From assembly GCA_964016885.1 (NCBI GenBank), contig OZ024740.1:26970001-27034000 (forward strand): 64,000 bases of DNA. Direction: 5' to 3'. The translations under genes were made by a program, and so were the position numbers. This DNA comes from Eledone cirrhosa. Taxonomy: Eukaryota. Below the pieces are notes generated by a model. It was not told the DNA's origin, did no database searches, and saw only the letters and a list, made by a program, of their open reading frames with translations. This document shows positions 1 to 15,100 of the stretch, piece by piece (position 1 is the stretch's first letter; every line of letters begins with the position of its first letter).

Positions 1-1023
1 GAAATAGCGAGAGAGAGATAGAGAGCGAGAGATAATGAGAGAGAGAGAAAGACAGAGAGAGACAGACAGATAAACTGACAGGCATACACAGATAGATAGA
101 AAGAGAGAGGGACAGACAGATAGGCAGACAGGCAGGCAGACTGACCGACAGAGCGAGACGGACAGGCATACTGATAAACAGACATAGATAGAAGGAAAAA
201 GAGAGAGGGAGAGACAGAGAGAAAGAGAGAGCGAGGATGGGTATAAATGTGAAGATAAATAGTTATTACTGCAGGAACCGACGAAGAAAATGAATAAAAG
301 TTGGGAGGAAGTTGGAAAGGTGTGAGGGTGTTGATGTGCAAATCATACACAGATAGCACATCTCACTCCCTAACACAATCTTTCTCTTTCTGCTGCAACT
401 GATTGGTGGCTCGCTTGTATGACCTAATGAAAAGTGCATTTCATAAACGACGGTATGGGTGATTGGATATATGGATGGCTGGACGGAAGGGCGGGGGTCA
501 AATAAATCAATAGTAGAACAGAGGGTAGGAATTTAAAGAAATACATCGAAAGCAAATAGCCCCCCCCCCCAAAAAAAAAGAAGAAATCAACAAAATTACA
601 CAAGAAGAAAATATAGAAATACTGAGAAAAAACGAGAAACAAACGAGATTGTTCGATATTAGCCGCCATGTTTTTAGAATGAAACAATGAAGAAGAACGA
701 AAATAAAAATGTAGATGAACTAATAATATTTCTGGAATATTCTGAAGAGAAATGTACTTAGTATTTTCTGTTAATGATGTTAGTATTATTTGTGGTGATG
801 TTAAAGATACAGGATAATCTCAAAACTCTATGAAAGAACCTATGGCAAAGATGTATTCTGTTCAAAGTGTATTTCGATATTTCGAACAATATTAGGAATG
901 TGATATGCGTTGAAATGGCGGGTAATATATATATGTGTGTGTATAGAATAGATAGTACGCAAAGAGAGGAAGAGAGAGATGTTGATATATAGATAGATAG
1001 ATAACTATAGAGATAGATAGATG

Positions 1024-1200
1024 GATTGGCAGTATTGGTAGAGGGTCGGACGCCATGCTTTGCAGCAAATAGTTACGTCCCTTTATGGTTTGAGTTCAAA
1101 TCCCGCCGAGGTTAACTTTGCCTTTCATCCTTACGGGGTCGATAAAATAAAGCACCAGAAATACACTGGGATAATTGCTGGCCTTGTGCCAAATGTAGAA
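1024..1200 (+). mobile_element. tRNA-derived SINE
   Basis: A-box-like TGGCAGTATTGG, B-box GAGTTCAAATCC, then core CCGAGGTTAACTTTGCCTTTCATCCTTACGGGGTCGATAAA, which recurs >12 times in the window. Confidence 0.85.
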
Positions 1201-1734
1201 ACAATTATTATTATTATTATTTATATATATAGTTCGGATCTGTTGAAACGGCCGGAGTCAGCCGTCGGGTCCTGATTTGTTCATATAGAGAGAGATGGAG
1301 AGATATGGAGATAGAGATATAGATAGATAGATTAGGAAATATAGAAAATGGATAATATAGCAAGATAGAAGCTAGAAGATAGGCGAATGGCATATTAAAT
1401 AAGAATAAGCCATCAGCCTGGAATTAGTTTATTATTGTTAGAAACGAATTGGATGGATATATGATTTATGATTGGAAGCAAATGAATTTATGAATATATA
1501 ATTAGATAATTAGGAGAACGAGAAGGGGAGTTGCGGTGACTATCTCTTCAATAAATTACTAAAGAAAAATATTATAATGAAGGAGAGGCTGAGAGAAGGA
1601 TAGGTTGATAGAAGGAAAAATACGTAAGAAATATTCTATGAACGAATGAAAAAAAAATAAAATAAATAAAATAAAGATAAAATATATCTAGTTTCTACAT
1701 AGGGGTTCGATAGATAGATAGATAGATAGATATG

Positions 1735-3470
1735 TTTCTTTTATTTGCCACCAGGGCATCAAAAGTGGGACAAGTACAATGGGGGAGTTTACAAAACAAG
1801 GCGTCCTCAATAAGGAGGAGGCAATAACAATATATAAAAATAAAATAAAATATAACATAAAATATAATTTATAACAAAGTCCTCAATAGAGAGGAGGCGC
1901 CTTGGGGGGGTCGCACACACCCCCGAAAAATAGTGTGCAACCCTTCTCCTCAGGAGCACAGAGAAGGGGTGTTCCCTTGGTCTTTCATCTTCCTCACCTA
2001 TAGTCTGATGTAGAGTGAAGGCCCATTCACGCGGGCCATTCTCGCCACTTTCACCCATCTTTCATAAAAACGGCTGGGGTGCAGCACCTCTCTCTCCATC
2101 CTGATCCTTCTTCCGAAATGATATCGGAAGAAACGGACCAGTTGTTGGCCAGAGAGAAAGGTGTCTGACCTCAGTCCTTTCAGACGCGTCCACCATACAA
2201 CCTCTTTCGCCATGGCTATTACGCACAGAAACACCGCCTCTCCTTCGTTTTTGAAGAAGGGAGGAGGCTTGATCGTTACAATAGACTCAGTGGTCAACCG
2301 GATCGGTCCCATCTGTAGTAAGACGCCTCACGCCTCTTGATAGAACAACGCTGGTTGAGAACGCGAGAAAGAAAAAACAGACAGCCACTGAAAAGCCGAC
2401 GGATCACACGCCAGAAACCAGCCTCTGTACCACACCATTGTTTGTGCTACATCAAAAATAAACATATATTTCATCTCTAATTTCTGCTGTTGAAATCATT
2501 ATTATGTCACTCGTATCTCAATAACATCTATAACTAATACTGCTAAACACCCTTGACAGCAGTTGTTCGACATAGCCCCACAGATCGGCAATGCCCGAGC
2601 AGTGTACCAATGCGTGTGCAACGGTTTCCTCGTCGCACACGCATCTGGGACAGATCTTTTTCGAGGGGTCCCTACCCGGGCGCCCGTGTCTGTAGAGCCT
2701 TTCTCGAACGGGCAGAGCCCTTCTATAGCATAGCCAGGCCAGGGACCTCTGGAAGTTATCCATGGGTCCCGGGCTGAATGTCCTACCGAACAGGTTGGCC
2801 AGTTCGTCTCCATCCATGCCTAGGGCTTCTCCGAGGGCGTCGTCGCACCTGCTAACCACCAGCCCTCTATAGAATGACGAGGTGGATTCTCCACTGACAG
2901 CCGGGTCCGCCTGCCAGAGAGCCGTGAGCGCCTGGGCACACTCGGTGTGCCAGGCGCCCAGTTTTCTAGGTCTTTGCTTGACCCAGGATTGCAGCTCGGT
3001 GAGTGAGACGAGTCTGAGAAAGGCTCGCCTCACAAACGGGGCCCACACCGGTTGACCGGAGAGGAATACCTGAAGGTGCCGTAGCCTTAATGCGTGTTTA
3101 CGTATCATTAGCCACGTCATCCCCAGTCCTCCTTTCGAAGGGTGTTGACAGCAGATGGATCTCCTCACCATAGGAGCCCGCTTCTTCCAAAGGAATTGGA
3201 AGAGTGCGCGCTCCATTTTGGCGAGCGTTTCCCTTGGGCAAGGCACAACAGTCAGGCGGTAGTAGATGACGGACGCTATATAAGTGTTCGCCACCTCCGC
3301 CCGACCTTTCAGGGACAGTTTGCACTCGGCCCACTTCTGGGTCAGTGCAAACACCCTATTCGTTACCTCACCCCAGTTCTTCTCCACCTGGAGGTCTGGT
3401 CCGAACCAGACCCCGAGCAACTTCACCGGGCCCTCCGTCCAGCGCCCGACGACGCCATTGGAGGGCATCG
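1735..3470 (-). mobile_element. 5'-truncated Tx1-clade non-LTR retrotransposon (ORF2 C-terminus, zinc knuckle, 3' UTR), interrupted by a solo LTR
   Basis: ORFs 2518-3468 and 1998-2312: VKLLGVWFG, LSLKGRAEV, KGGLG, CPRCVCDEETVAHALVHC; 3' end CCCTGGTGGCAAATAAAAGAAA abuts (TATC)n. Confidence 0.9.
2314..2547 (+). mobile_element. Solo LTR-like insertion (234 bp) inside the Tx1 ORF
   Basis: Starts TGTAGTA, ends TGCTAAA (imperfect inverted end); internal AATAAA at ~2457; 4-bp duplication CATC (2310-2313)/CACC (2548-2551); excision restores GGTCCCACCC as in the copy at ~28797. Confidence 0.6.
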
Positions 3471-3558
3471 AATACGTAAGAAATATCCTATGAACGAATG
3501 AAAAAAAAAAAAGAATTTTAAATAAAGATAAAATATATCTAGCTTCTGCATAGGTGGG

Positions 3559-3627
<69 letters not shown>

Positions 3628-3646
3628 GGATATATAGATAGATAGA

Positions 3647-3890
3647 TTTCTTTATTTGCCACAAGGGCGCACAAGAAAAAGGGACAATACAAAGTCATGT
3701 GGCGGGGATTTTACATACAGTTGTGTAAACAAGTTTTAACATGAAAATATAACAATCAAAATCCCCGATACATAGATAAGTAGGTACATAGATAGATAAA
3801 TAGATAGATACGTTTCTTTATTTGGCACAAGGGTGAACAAGAAAGGGGTCATTAGAAGACGTGACAGCGGGGGTTTTACATAAATATTGT
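3647..3890 (-). mobile_element. Two short Tx1 3'-end fragments in a (GATA)n tract
   Basis: TTTCTTTATTTGCCACAAGGG..GGGACAATACAAA at 3647 and TTTCTTTATTTGGCACAAGGG at 3813, each bounded by GATA repeats. Confidence 0.75.
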
Positions 3891-4258
3891 ATTAGACAGA
3901 CAGATGGATAGATAGATTGATAGATAGATATGTAGATATATATATATAGAGAGAGAAACAGGAGAGAATATTTCGGGGTTGGAGGTGGGGTGAGATATTT
4001 AAATGTCTGAAAGCGAAGGAAGAAAGATAATAGATAATTGGAATGTACAGGAAAAAGAAAATGAAAGCTCGGGCGTGGAAATACGGGAATAAACGAGAAT
4101 CTTAAACTGTCATCTGCTCTCCACTATTTACACGAGCATATTCTTTTTCAAACACACAAATACACACACAAACATGCACATGCAAATATAGGTGGGTAGA
4201 TATATCTGTATATGTATGTATAGATATGTATACCCATACAAACATACATATATATATA

Positions 4259-4352
<94 letters not shown>

Positions 4353-4709
4353 AAAACGCCAACCTCGGTAGGGCGTCAGTTTCCCAGACAGGACCAAATG
4401 CATATTAAATAAGTGTGGTGTGCCGACTTAATGAATACTGCATGCTATAAGTAACTTAATTATAGCAATAATTAAGAAAAAACACCCTAATAGAAAAGAA
4501 ATGCGTGTCTCTATGTGTATATACGTTCTATACATGTACATATAGAGCATGTATAACACATACTTATATATATATATATATGTATATATATATACACCCG
4601 TAGATATATATAGACTCACATTATGTACACACTGAGAAATATACGCAAACTCATATATTCAAAAGAAAGAAAAACACAGAAGCTCTTAACACCTAATGAA
4701 TTTAAGCGT

Positions 4710-4776
<67 letters not shown>

Positions 4777-4849
4777 TTAATTAAACAAAACAAGACCACA
4801 GATTTCACAAGGAAGACATTATTAAAAGATTGTCAACATAGTTTTAGTT

Positions 4850-7070
4850 TAATGTAAGGAATGTAGAGAATAGTAATAATAATAATATTAATAATAATGT
4901 CCGTTTACAATTGTTTCGCTACTCCATATAATGTTTCTGGATCAAATGATTATAGATAATTATTGATCTGATTCAGTTGAAAATAATTAACTTAGGTACA
5001 ATTAGAGCAGCTCATCAGATCTTCAAAAGGAATATAAATTAAAATAAAGAAAGAACGTTAAATGAATGTAATGTTCCATATATTGGTATTTCACTATGGT
5101 GTCCTGGGTATATCTATTGTCTGCCATAGTCGAGCAGTATTCTTCTGTCGAGGCAGCATTGTGTGAGATCTGCCTATGGGTAACAAGATGGCCGCCAATG
5201 GACATATCTACCTTACTAATTAGAGGGTGGTTTCAGGGAAAGTAACTCCTAGAGAAATTAGAAATTGTGGGTAGTTTATAGTTAAGAAGTGCTAATTTTT
5301 TTAACTGAGAGACAATGTAAGGGAGGTAACTTATAATTATCCAAGTTAGCTATAACTATTTAACTTATTAGCTATAAGTAAAAATGGGGCTAGATGACTA
5401 TGTTGGGTCAAATATTCTGTTGGCGAAGGAATTAGCCCTTCGATGTTGACAGCTAATAGTTACCTCCGTTCTATCGTTAATCTGTAGAGGTCGTGATAGA
5501 GTTATGTAATATGCTTCGGTAAGACAGAGGTCACAAGAGTTTCTTCGTCCATTGAACGGTTGGGCCCTTGGTCAATGTAGGTTAATTTATGGTTTTTATT
5601 GAGCCTAGCTAGAGATGTCGAACATCTGTTGTTAGGGTCTCGGAAGGAAAAGGAATGCGCGTTATAGCGTACCTTAAAAGGGTTAGAGGTAGAGCCGATA
5701 TAGGAGCTGGTATGCGAAGCCGTTTTAACTGTGCACCTATAAACTATATTGGGTGTCAGGCAATGTCCATTTAGTGGGCATGCATTAGGGTAACTGCAGT
5801 TTCAGTCATTTCCGTGGTTAGTGAGAGTAGGGTTGTTTAAACTATGCGGTTGGTCCGTGCTAGAAGGATTAGATGGTGGAGTTGCTACTAGAGTAAGTAT
5901 TGGTGTAGTGGCGTGGTGTATTTGATGGAGGTGGTGGTACCGCGGTGTGGGAGTTATACTGTCTTAGTTTATGATGGTTACTGAATGCGATGTGGCTAGC
6001 TAGGTTAGGTGTTATGGAGAATGAGATTTTAATGTTATTTTTATTAAAGAGTTTGTAATATCTATGGTTGGGGGGGGGGGGGGGTTTAGATAGGATAGAG
6101 AAAAGGCGTTTAGGGATATTAGTGGCTAGATTAGAGGAGAATAGGAGGTTAAGCCAGGTGATATTTCTAGGCCTCTTTAGGGGTTCTAGTGGAGTTGGTA
6201 GGGGTCTTCATAGGGTTATTATTACCTTGGCATTTGTTATTTGTCATCCCATTGCTCATTCCTATTCTAGGGTTGATTTTTAGTTTGCTACTTGGAGTGG
6301 GAAGCAGGCCACTGTCACCATTAAAGTTACCGGCATAGGTGTTGTTACTGCTAAAATTCCGGCGAATCTGGCTATATGCTAAGGTATTTCTAGTTCTAGT
6401 GTTAAGTTTATTATGGTTGTGGTGAATTGCTGTGTTATGGCATTTAGGTATGTAGTAAATGGACTGTTCATAACCAGATTCATAAAGAGCCTTATTATAA
6501 TATGCCGCATGGATTATAAATATCTCCTCATTTGCTGATAGCATGGAGATCCTATACAAGATAGATTTGATTACTGCTCTGATCACTGTCGGTGGGTGGT
6601 TAGAATGTGGGCTAATATATGTAAGTATTTCACCTGGTTTATGATAAAGGTAATATAGGTTATTGTTAAGATCTACGGTAACATCCAGGAAGTTTACTGC
6701 TTTATGGTTCGACTCGATGGTGATAGAGAGACCGTTATTTTTAAAGAATCTATGTAATTGTTTTTTGAGCAAGTTAATGCCTCGATTAGTGCAATTGTGG
6801 ACTGCAAATAGGGAGGGCGTCGTCCCTAGATATTCCGCCTTGCAAGGGTTGGATTTCTGCTCTGATGTTATGTAATAGGTAAATTCCATCTAAATCGGTG
6901 ATTTGCGCAGAGTCGCTTGAACCCATAGTGATGTCAAAGTTGTCTGTTCTGTCTTTTCTAGTCCAGAGTGCTCCGCTGAATTCAATGATGGTCTGCCTAG
7001 CCATAAGTATGATGTCAATCTCATTATAGGTTATGTCAGAGTTGGTGCTGGCTAGGGTTAATGCTTTGTT
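4850..7070 (-). mobile_element. Decayed Penelope-like element (RT + GIY-YIG endonuclease + 3' pLTR)
   Basis: FDITMGSSDSAQITDL and GISRDDAL (6786-7004); VNFLDVTVDL..SNHPPTVI (6167-6889); NCSYPNACPLNGHC..VYRC..YIGSTSNPFKVRYNAH (~5640-5800); frameshifts. Confidence 0.9.
4903..5021 (-). ncRNA. Type I hammerhead ribozyme motif with long stem II insert
   Basis: CTGATGA-GCTGCTC..~80 nt..GAGTAGC-GAAA-CAATTG-TA; stem I weak; lies at the 3' end of the PLE. Confidence 0.7.
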
Positions 7071-7112
7071 GAGCAGTGCCCGGGTTATTGAAGCGTAGTA
7101 GCTGTATATATG

Positions 7113-7157
<45 letters not shown>

Positions 7158-7236
7158 ATGTGTGTGTGTGTGTGTTTATATATATATATGGCCTGGGACT
7201 ATATACATGTGTGTACAATCATAGATGTGTGTGTGC

Positions 7237-7270
<34 letters not shown>

Positions 7271-8269
7271 TTGCGTCTGCGCTATTCGTTGTATGTGTGC
7301 ATATTGAAGTGAGTTTCTATCAGTGTGTGTGTGTGTGTGAGTTTGTGCGTAATAAGTTTGTCAATGATTATATATGTATGTACATATATGTTTATATATA
7401 CATGTGTGTGTATGTACGTATTAGAGTGTGCGCTGGCGGCTGTGTGCTTGTGTGTGTGCGCGGCGCTGGTGCGAGTGTGTTTGTGCGTATGTGTACACAT
7501 GCCAGTCGGCCTGTTTGACTGTGTGTATGTCTGTATGTGAGTATATGTGTGTTGGAGGAGGACTGATGGGAGGAGGTAATGAATGATAGATGACTTGAAC
7601 ACGTGTATACATAAACAGTATCACTTTACTGAAGAACTGTGAGAAGACGCCGTCTCAATCGATGATACTCCAGATCTTTACAATAGAGTTCCATTCAGCA
7701 GCTTAGAACGACTGGGGGGAGCAATGAGAGAGACAATGAGAGAGAGAGAGGGGGAATGAGAGAGTTAGAGAGAAAGAGAGGGAGGGTGGGATGGAAACAG
7801 AGAGGGTAAGTGATTGCAGGGATTGACAAGAATATGAGAGAGACAAAGAGAGAGTGAGAATGAGAGAGTGAGAGAGAGAGAGAGAGAAAGAGCAAGGGAG
7901 AGTTGAAACAGAGAGGGTGAGTGATAGAAGGGTTAGACAAGTATTTGAGAGAGACAAAGAGAGCGTGAGAATGAGAGAGAAAAAGAGAGAGTCGGCTAGG
8001 GAGAGATGGAAAGAGTGAGGTAATGATAGTGAAGGACTAGACAAGAATGCGAGAGAAACAAAGGGAGCGAGAGTTGGTTAGGGAGAGATGGAAACAGAGA
8101 GAGAGAGTGAGTGAGAGAGGGATGAGTGAGAGAAGGACTAGAGAAGAATGGGAGAGAGACAGAGAAAAAGAGTGGGCTAGGGAGAGATAGAAACAGAGAG
8201 ATGACGAGAGAGCCGGTGAGAGAGAAGGGCTAGACAGAAAGAGAAACTGTGAAAAACATTCAAGTTAGT

Positions 8270-8358
<89 letters not shown>

Positions 8359-8534
8359 ATGATCAAATAATGATGGCGGAGACTGAAGAGTTGGCAGAGA
8401 ATAAAAATTGAATAAAAGCTGTAGATGGAGGAGTTGAGGATGAGGGGGGAGAGGGATTGATGAAGTGGTAGTTGACAGATAATCTGATAAACTCGCAGCT
8501 AAATTTATCACACCACAATTTCTATGAGATATAT

Positions 8535-9500
8535 ACGTAGATGTCTGGTTTGTTGTCTGATGTGTGATGGCGAAGGTGGACCACAGTTGACATCACATAT
8601 AGATGTAGACGTCTGGTTGTCTGGTTGGGAGGCTGGGAGGTTGTCTGATGTGTGATGGCGAAGGTGGACCACAGTTGACATCACATATAGATGTAGACGT
8701 CTGGTTGTCTGGTTGGGAGGCTGGGAGGTTGTCTGATGTGTGATGGCGAAGGTGGACCACAGTTGACATCACATATAGATGTAGACGTCTGTTTGTCTGG
8801 TTGGGAGGCTGGGAGGTTGTCTGATGTGTGATGGCGAAGGTGGACCACAGTTGACATCACATATAGATGTAGATGTCTGATTGGCTAGTTGGATGGCTGG
8901 CAGTTTGTCTGATGTGTGATGGCGAAGGTGGACCACGATTGCCATCAGATATATATGTAGATGTCTGGTTGGCTGGTTGGGTGGCTGGCAGTTTGTCTGA
9001 TGTGTGATGGCGAAGGTGGACCACGATTTCCATCAGATATATATGTAGATGTCTGGTTAGCTGGTTGAATGGTGAGCGATGGAAAATGTGAGCACAGTTG
9101 CCATCAGATATATATGTACATGTCAGATAGGCTAGTTGAATGGTTGAATGGTGGGCGATGGGTAAGTTGGACCACAGTTGCTATCAGATATATTGTCTGG
9201 TTGGCAGTTGATTATTTGATGACTGATGGAAATGGTGGACCATATCTATCAGATATGTACGTAGATGTCTGGTTGGTTGATTGGCTGGTTGTGTGGTGAA
9301 TGATGGGAAAGTTGGACCTCAGTTCCTATCAGAGAGATATATATATATAGATGTATGATTGCATGGCTGGCTAGTGGGCTGGATGAATGGTTGGTATGCT
9401 GGTGAGGGATTGATGGGAAAGTTGGACCAAGGTTTCAGGCAGATACATATATAGATATCTGACTGTATGTCTGGTCGTGTGGCTGGTTGGTGGGTGATAG
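8535..9500. repeat. 88-bp minisatellite, 6 well-conserved units then degenerating
   Basis: CTGATGTGTGATGGCGAAGG at 8557, 8645, 8733, 8821, 8909, 8997. Confidence 0.95.
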
Positions 9501-9843
9501 AAACGTAGGAAGAGGGAGTTAGTAGATTGCTGTTATTTTGTTTTGTCTCAAAGTTTAAGAGTTTTGCTGCGAACTATTGTTATTGTTATATAAGTGGCAA
9601 TGAGGATAATCGCTGAACCTTCATATAGCAATCGAACTTTCCTTCAATCAAATATTCTAATCTCTTTAGAAAGTAAGGACACACTCACAAAATTAGTCAT
9701 GGCTAGAATATATACACACACACACACACATATATATATGTGTGTGTGTGTGTATGTATATATATAAATGGAAAAAATGAAACGAAATTTAATTTCTCAC
9801 TCTACTGTACGTCTGTATACATATATGTATGTACGTATACATA

Positions 9844-9911
<68 letters not shown>

Positions 9912-9993
9912 TACACGGGTGTGTATGGTTGTGTATAGAAGATTATATTAATAAAAGGAATTCAGTAAATCAGACAAAGTTGGAATTCCTATA

Positions 9994-10063
<70 letters not shown>

Positions 10064-10068
10064 TATAT

Positions 10069-10111
<43 letters not shown>

Positions 10112-10336
10112 TAGTACTGATTTCTGCACGAAAGTAGTATTGCTATAACACTGTTCTCTTTACGTACAGTTAGTATTTATATATCCTTGCATCGTATGCA
10201 CAGTTGTATGTAGGAGGTGGCGTCTAGGTGTTCTCCCAATATACAAGAAATAACAACCAAATCTTCCTTAAACTACACTATGTTCTCTTTCAAAAAGGGA
10301 AGAACACATTGGAGTTGCAGTAATAGGGACTGAAAC

Positions 10337-10638
10337 CACGGTTAGATTTAGACCTTAGGGCGTCGGGGGGATTTCAGGTCCGGGGGATCCCTCATGCACA
10401 AACATTTAGAATACACAACACCCCACCCCCAATTTACATATCAAAGATGGCTTGGTACCAGTAATTGGAATTGAACATCTAAACATACAGGTATCAAACA
10501 AAACAAGTTCTAACCATTCTAAAATTAAAAAGCTCAGCTGATAGCACAAATAAGTTGCTACGGCCGTTGGGGTGGGGTTCACCAGTGCAGGGTGTCCGGA
10601 GTAAATGCCCTCTTTGATCCCCATTAAATTCAGCCCTG
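10337..10638. mobile_element. hAT-like MITE (~300 bp); related truncated copy at ~33288-33520
   Basis: Imperfect terminal inverted repeats CACGGTTAGATTTA / TAAATTCAGCCCTG; shared internal sequence CAGCTGA..GCACAAATAA.TTGCTAC in both copies. Confidence 0.55.
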
Positions 10639-10897
10639 CCTTTAACCATAATGTTTGCTGGACTGTAGATGACCTGGGTCTAAAAACCAACAACCACATC
10701 GTTATTTTCTGACTCAAAGCTATCGGTCAAACATGTTTAGAAGAATAAAACATCTGGTTTCTCTCCAGTCTGTATATCTCTCTCCCTTTCCTCTCCCCAA
10801 CATCTCTCTCGCTCACTCTCTCTCTCTGTATGTAGATGTGTATACAAACACACACATTCACACGTACACACATTCATACGCACACACATATATATAC

Positions 10898-10980
<83 letters not shown>

Positions 10981-11101
10981 GAGAGTCAGAGAGAGAGAGA
11001 GAGTCAGAGAGAGAGACTGAGAAATATTCATTGCACTGACATCCGACCACACAATGAATCACTTGTGTGTGGTTCAATGTCTCCGCATGCATGAGTGTGT
11101 T

Positions 11102-11177
<76 letters not shown>

Positions 11178-11181
11178 TATG

Positions 11182-11295
<114 letters not shown>

Positions 11296-11569
11296 TATGT
11301 ATATATATATGTATATATATATGTATATGTATATGTATATATATATATATATACATATATATGTATATATATATATGAGGTGTGTATATTTGGTCGGTGT
11401 GTATGAGAGATGGTGGGGGTGAATATGATTGGTTATTAATAACCAATGTTGGAACCAGGATACGATTTCCATAGATGTATTTTTGTTTCCTCTACAGACC
11501 CCTGACCGGACCCCTGACCGGACCATCTGCCTATCCCAAAGGGATTTTGTCTACCAGCAACTGCTGCTG

Positions 11570-12070
<501 letters not shown>

Positions 12071-12135
12071 TACCTTATTTCTTGTTTGCATTCCTTCCCG
12101 ACTAACTCTATTCAATGACTGATTGCAATTAATGA

Positions 12136-15100
12136 TTTCGTTTATTGGCCACAAGGGCCGACATGTAGGGGACAATACAAAGACAGGGACAGTGGGGGTT
12201 TACAATAAGGTCGAGTATAAAGTGCACAATGGCAAGACTAATTTAACAAAGAAGATATAAAAAATATTAAAATAACTATGCATAAATATAACAAAATAAA
12301 TTCCCCTATAGGGGGTGGATCCAGGTACCCCACCAATCCTGAACTACCCTGCGCTTCTAGTGCCCCCAGGGAGATCACCCCTCTCCTCAAGTTAGCTAGC
12401 CTATAGGCGCATGGTCAGGGTAGGCCCATTCACACGGACCATTCTCGCCACATTCATCCACCTTTTTAGCAAATGTACTGGGGGGGGGGGGGGCAGCACA
12501 TCTCTCTCCACCCTCACCTTCCTTTCCAGGTGAAACTTGAAGAAGTTGATGAGTGATTGGCCGAAGAGAAAAGTGTCTCCCTTCAGTCTTTTCAACCTGG
12601 TCCACCATATAACCTCTTTCGCCACGGCCACTCGACGGAGGAAAACTGCCTGCTCTTCCTGACCTAAGGAAGGCGGCGGGTCGATCTTTACTATGGACTC
12701 GGCAGATAGCCGGATCCGTTCCACACGCGACAGTAGCTGTTCGACATAACTCCACAAGTCAGTAATACACGGACATTCGACAAGTGCATGCAGAACGGTT
12801 TCGTCGCTCTGTGCGCATCTTGGGCAGGTCCGTCTGACAGCACTTCGGTGCCTATAGAGTTTATCCCGAACCGGCAGTGTCCCCTGGGACCACTGCCAAG
12901 CGAGGGATTTCTGGAAATTGTCCATCGTCCCCGGCTCGAAAGTCCTCGGGTACAGTCTGGTCAGTTCGACTTCGTCGTGGCCCAAAGTTTCTCCGAGGGC
13001 GTCATCGCACTTGCCCACCACTAATCCTCTATAGAACTCGAGAGTGGAAGTTCCACTGATCGCATTGCCCGCTTATTAGAGGGGCAGTGAGTGCCTGTAA
13101 ACATTCCAGGTGCCAGTCACCCAGTCTCGGTCTCTTTTTGACACAGGACTGCAGCTCAGTCAAAGAAACGAGCTGCGGAAAGGCCCGTCTGATAAACAGC
13201 GACCACACCTGTTCACCGTTTACGCAGAATATCTGGAGATATCGCAGCCTTAGCGCATGTCTGCGCCCCATTAGCCACGGCATGCCCAGCCCTCAACGGA
13301 GAGGGTTCTGGCAGCAGATGGACCGCCTCACCAACGGAACTTGCCCTTTCCACAAGAATTCGAAGAGGAGCCGTTCCAACTTGACGAGGCGCGGACGGGG
13401 GCAAGGCACAACGGTCAAGCAGTAGTAGATGACGGACGCGATGTACGCATTCGACACCTCCGCGTGACCTTTCAGTGACAGCTTCCCCCCAGACCATTTT
13501 TGGTTGAGACTGGCCACTCTGCTCGTTACCTCGTCCCAATCCTTTTCCACCTGGAGGTCTGGTCCGAACCAAACCTCGAGCAGCTTTACCAGTCCGTCCG
13601 TCCAGCGCCCCACGACGCTGTAGGATGGCATAGGCTTGCCTCTCCAGGTTCCGATCTGCAAGCCCACCTACTTTTCCGGAATAAGTTTAGCTCCTGCCAA
13701 CCTTTCATATTCCTTCAGTAAGGTGCCGACCACCTCGATTTCTGAGGTGTCCGACACCATCACGGTGATGTTGTCCGCATAAGCCGACACCACCGCTCCA
13801 CGTCCCGGTTCGAGCGGGATGTTCTGCAACAGCTCCAGATTCCGCAGTAAAGGCTCGAGAGTCAATACGTACAGAAGGGAAGAGAGAGGGCACCCTTGAC
13901 GGACGGATCGGGAGAGCCGAAATGGTTCCGCGAGGTGGCCATTAACCTTGACCACTGAGCGTGTCCCGCTGAGCATTGCAGCGATCGAGCTGCTGAAGAC
14001 AGGGCCGAAACCAGCTGCTTTGAGGACAAATTCAACCCCATCGAATGCTTTCGATTGATCTAAATTGATCAGTGCCCCACCGAAGCCAGGTTTACACCCT
14101 ACCCTACCTTCTCTATGATGTATCGCATGAGGTAGAGATTGTCGTGTATGGACCTGGCTGGGATTGCACATGTTTTCGCCTCCCCAACCAAATCCTCGAC
14201 GACAAGCGCCAATCTCTTTGCTACCACCTTGGCCAAAATCTTAACCTCTGTGTTGAGCAGACTTATGGGTCTGAAGTTGTCTAATGTATCCCTCTTGTTC
14301 TCATCTTTCCTTATCAGCATCACCATTCCCCACTTACAGAACTGGGAATACTCCCATTCTCCTGCCAGTTGCAGTAGAATGCTTCGAGGAGATCGGAGAA
14401 CATGTCTGGGATATTTACGTAAAGCTCGTAGGGCAGGCCATCCAAACCGGGTGACTTGCGCCTCATGCTGCCGACAAGAGCGTCCTGAATTTCGGCTGAA
14501 GTAATCGGCCTTCACAGTGCTCAGCGTCGACCGTTGAGATGCGCGGCAAGCCGTCAAGGTAGGGACTGAAATCCGCTACTCTCTCTGACTCGCCACTCTC
14601 CCCGAACAACCGAGCAAAGTGCTAGCAAAAGGCCTCACACATCCGAATCACATTGGAATCGCTTATCTCGTGTCCGTCTCGGTCCGCCAAAGACCGAATT
14701 GTGGTTTTATTACCACGCTGCGCCTCCGCCACGTGGGTCCATCGAACAGATTTGGTTCCCTCGTTTCTCAGCGCACGCGCCTTAGCTCTGGCAATGCAAT
14801 CTTTGTGTTTCGTATTGAAGAGATGGTATAATGCCATTCTCGCCGCTAGCACGTCAGTTGCAATGCCACTACAAATGGCCTCGCCTAACTTATCTACCAG
14901 CGCCCCCTTCTTTATATTTTTCTCTAACGCTAGTTCTTTGCTGAACTCTATCGAAGTTACTCTAATCTCTCTTTCGAGACCATACCGCCCCCCCCCCCCA
15001 CACCACCATCTGTTGTTGATGATCCCCCTGTCAACTTTTGCTTAACTAAATTGTTGACTTAGTCCCTGTAAGCCTTACGTGCCGGAAATGACATGTTCAG

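Noticed and set aside
5802-5804. In-frame TGA at the first Cys of the PLE CNC motif (possible selenocysteine)
   Set aside because: A single TGY>TGA change in a copy with several frameshifts; the related element at ~36830 has TGT; no SECIS recognised. Worth revisiting only if the family consensus has TGA.
8557-8600. CTGATG..CGAA in the 88-bp unit as a hammerhead
   Set aside because: Core reads CTGATGT and GAAG, with no compatible stems I and III.
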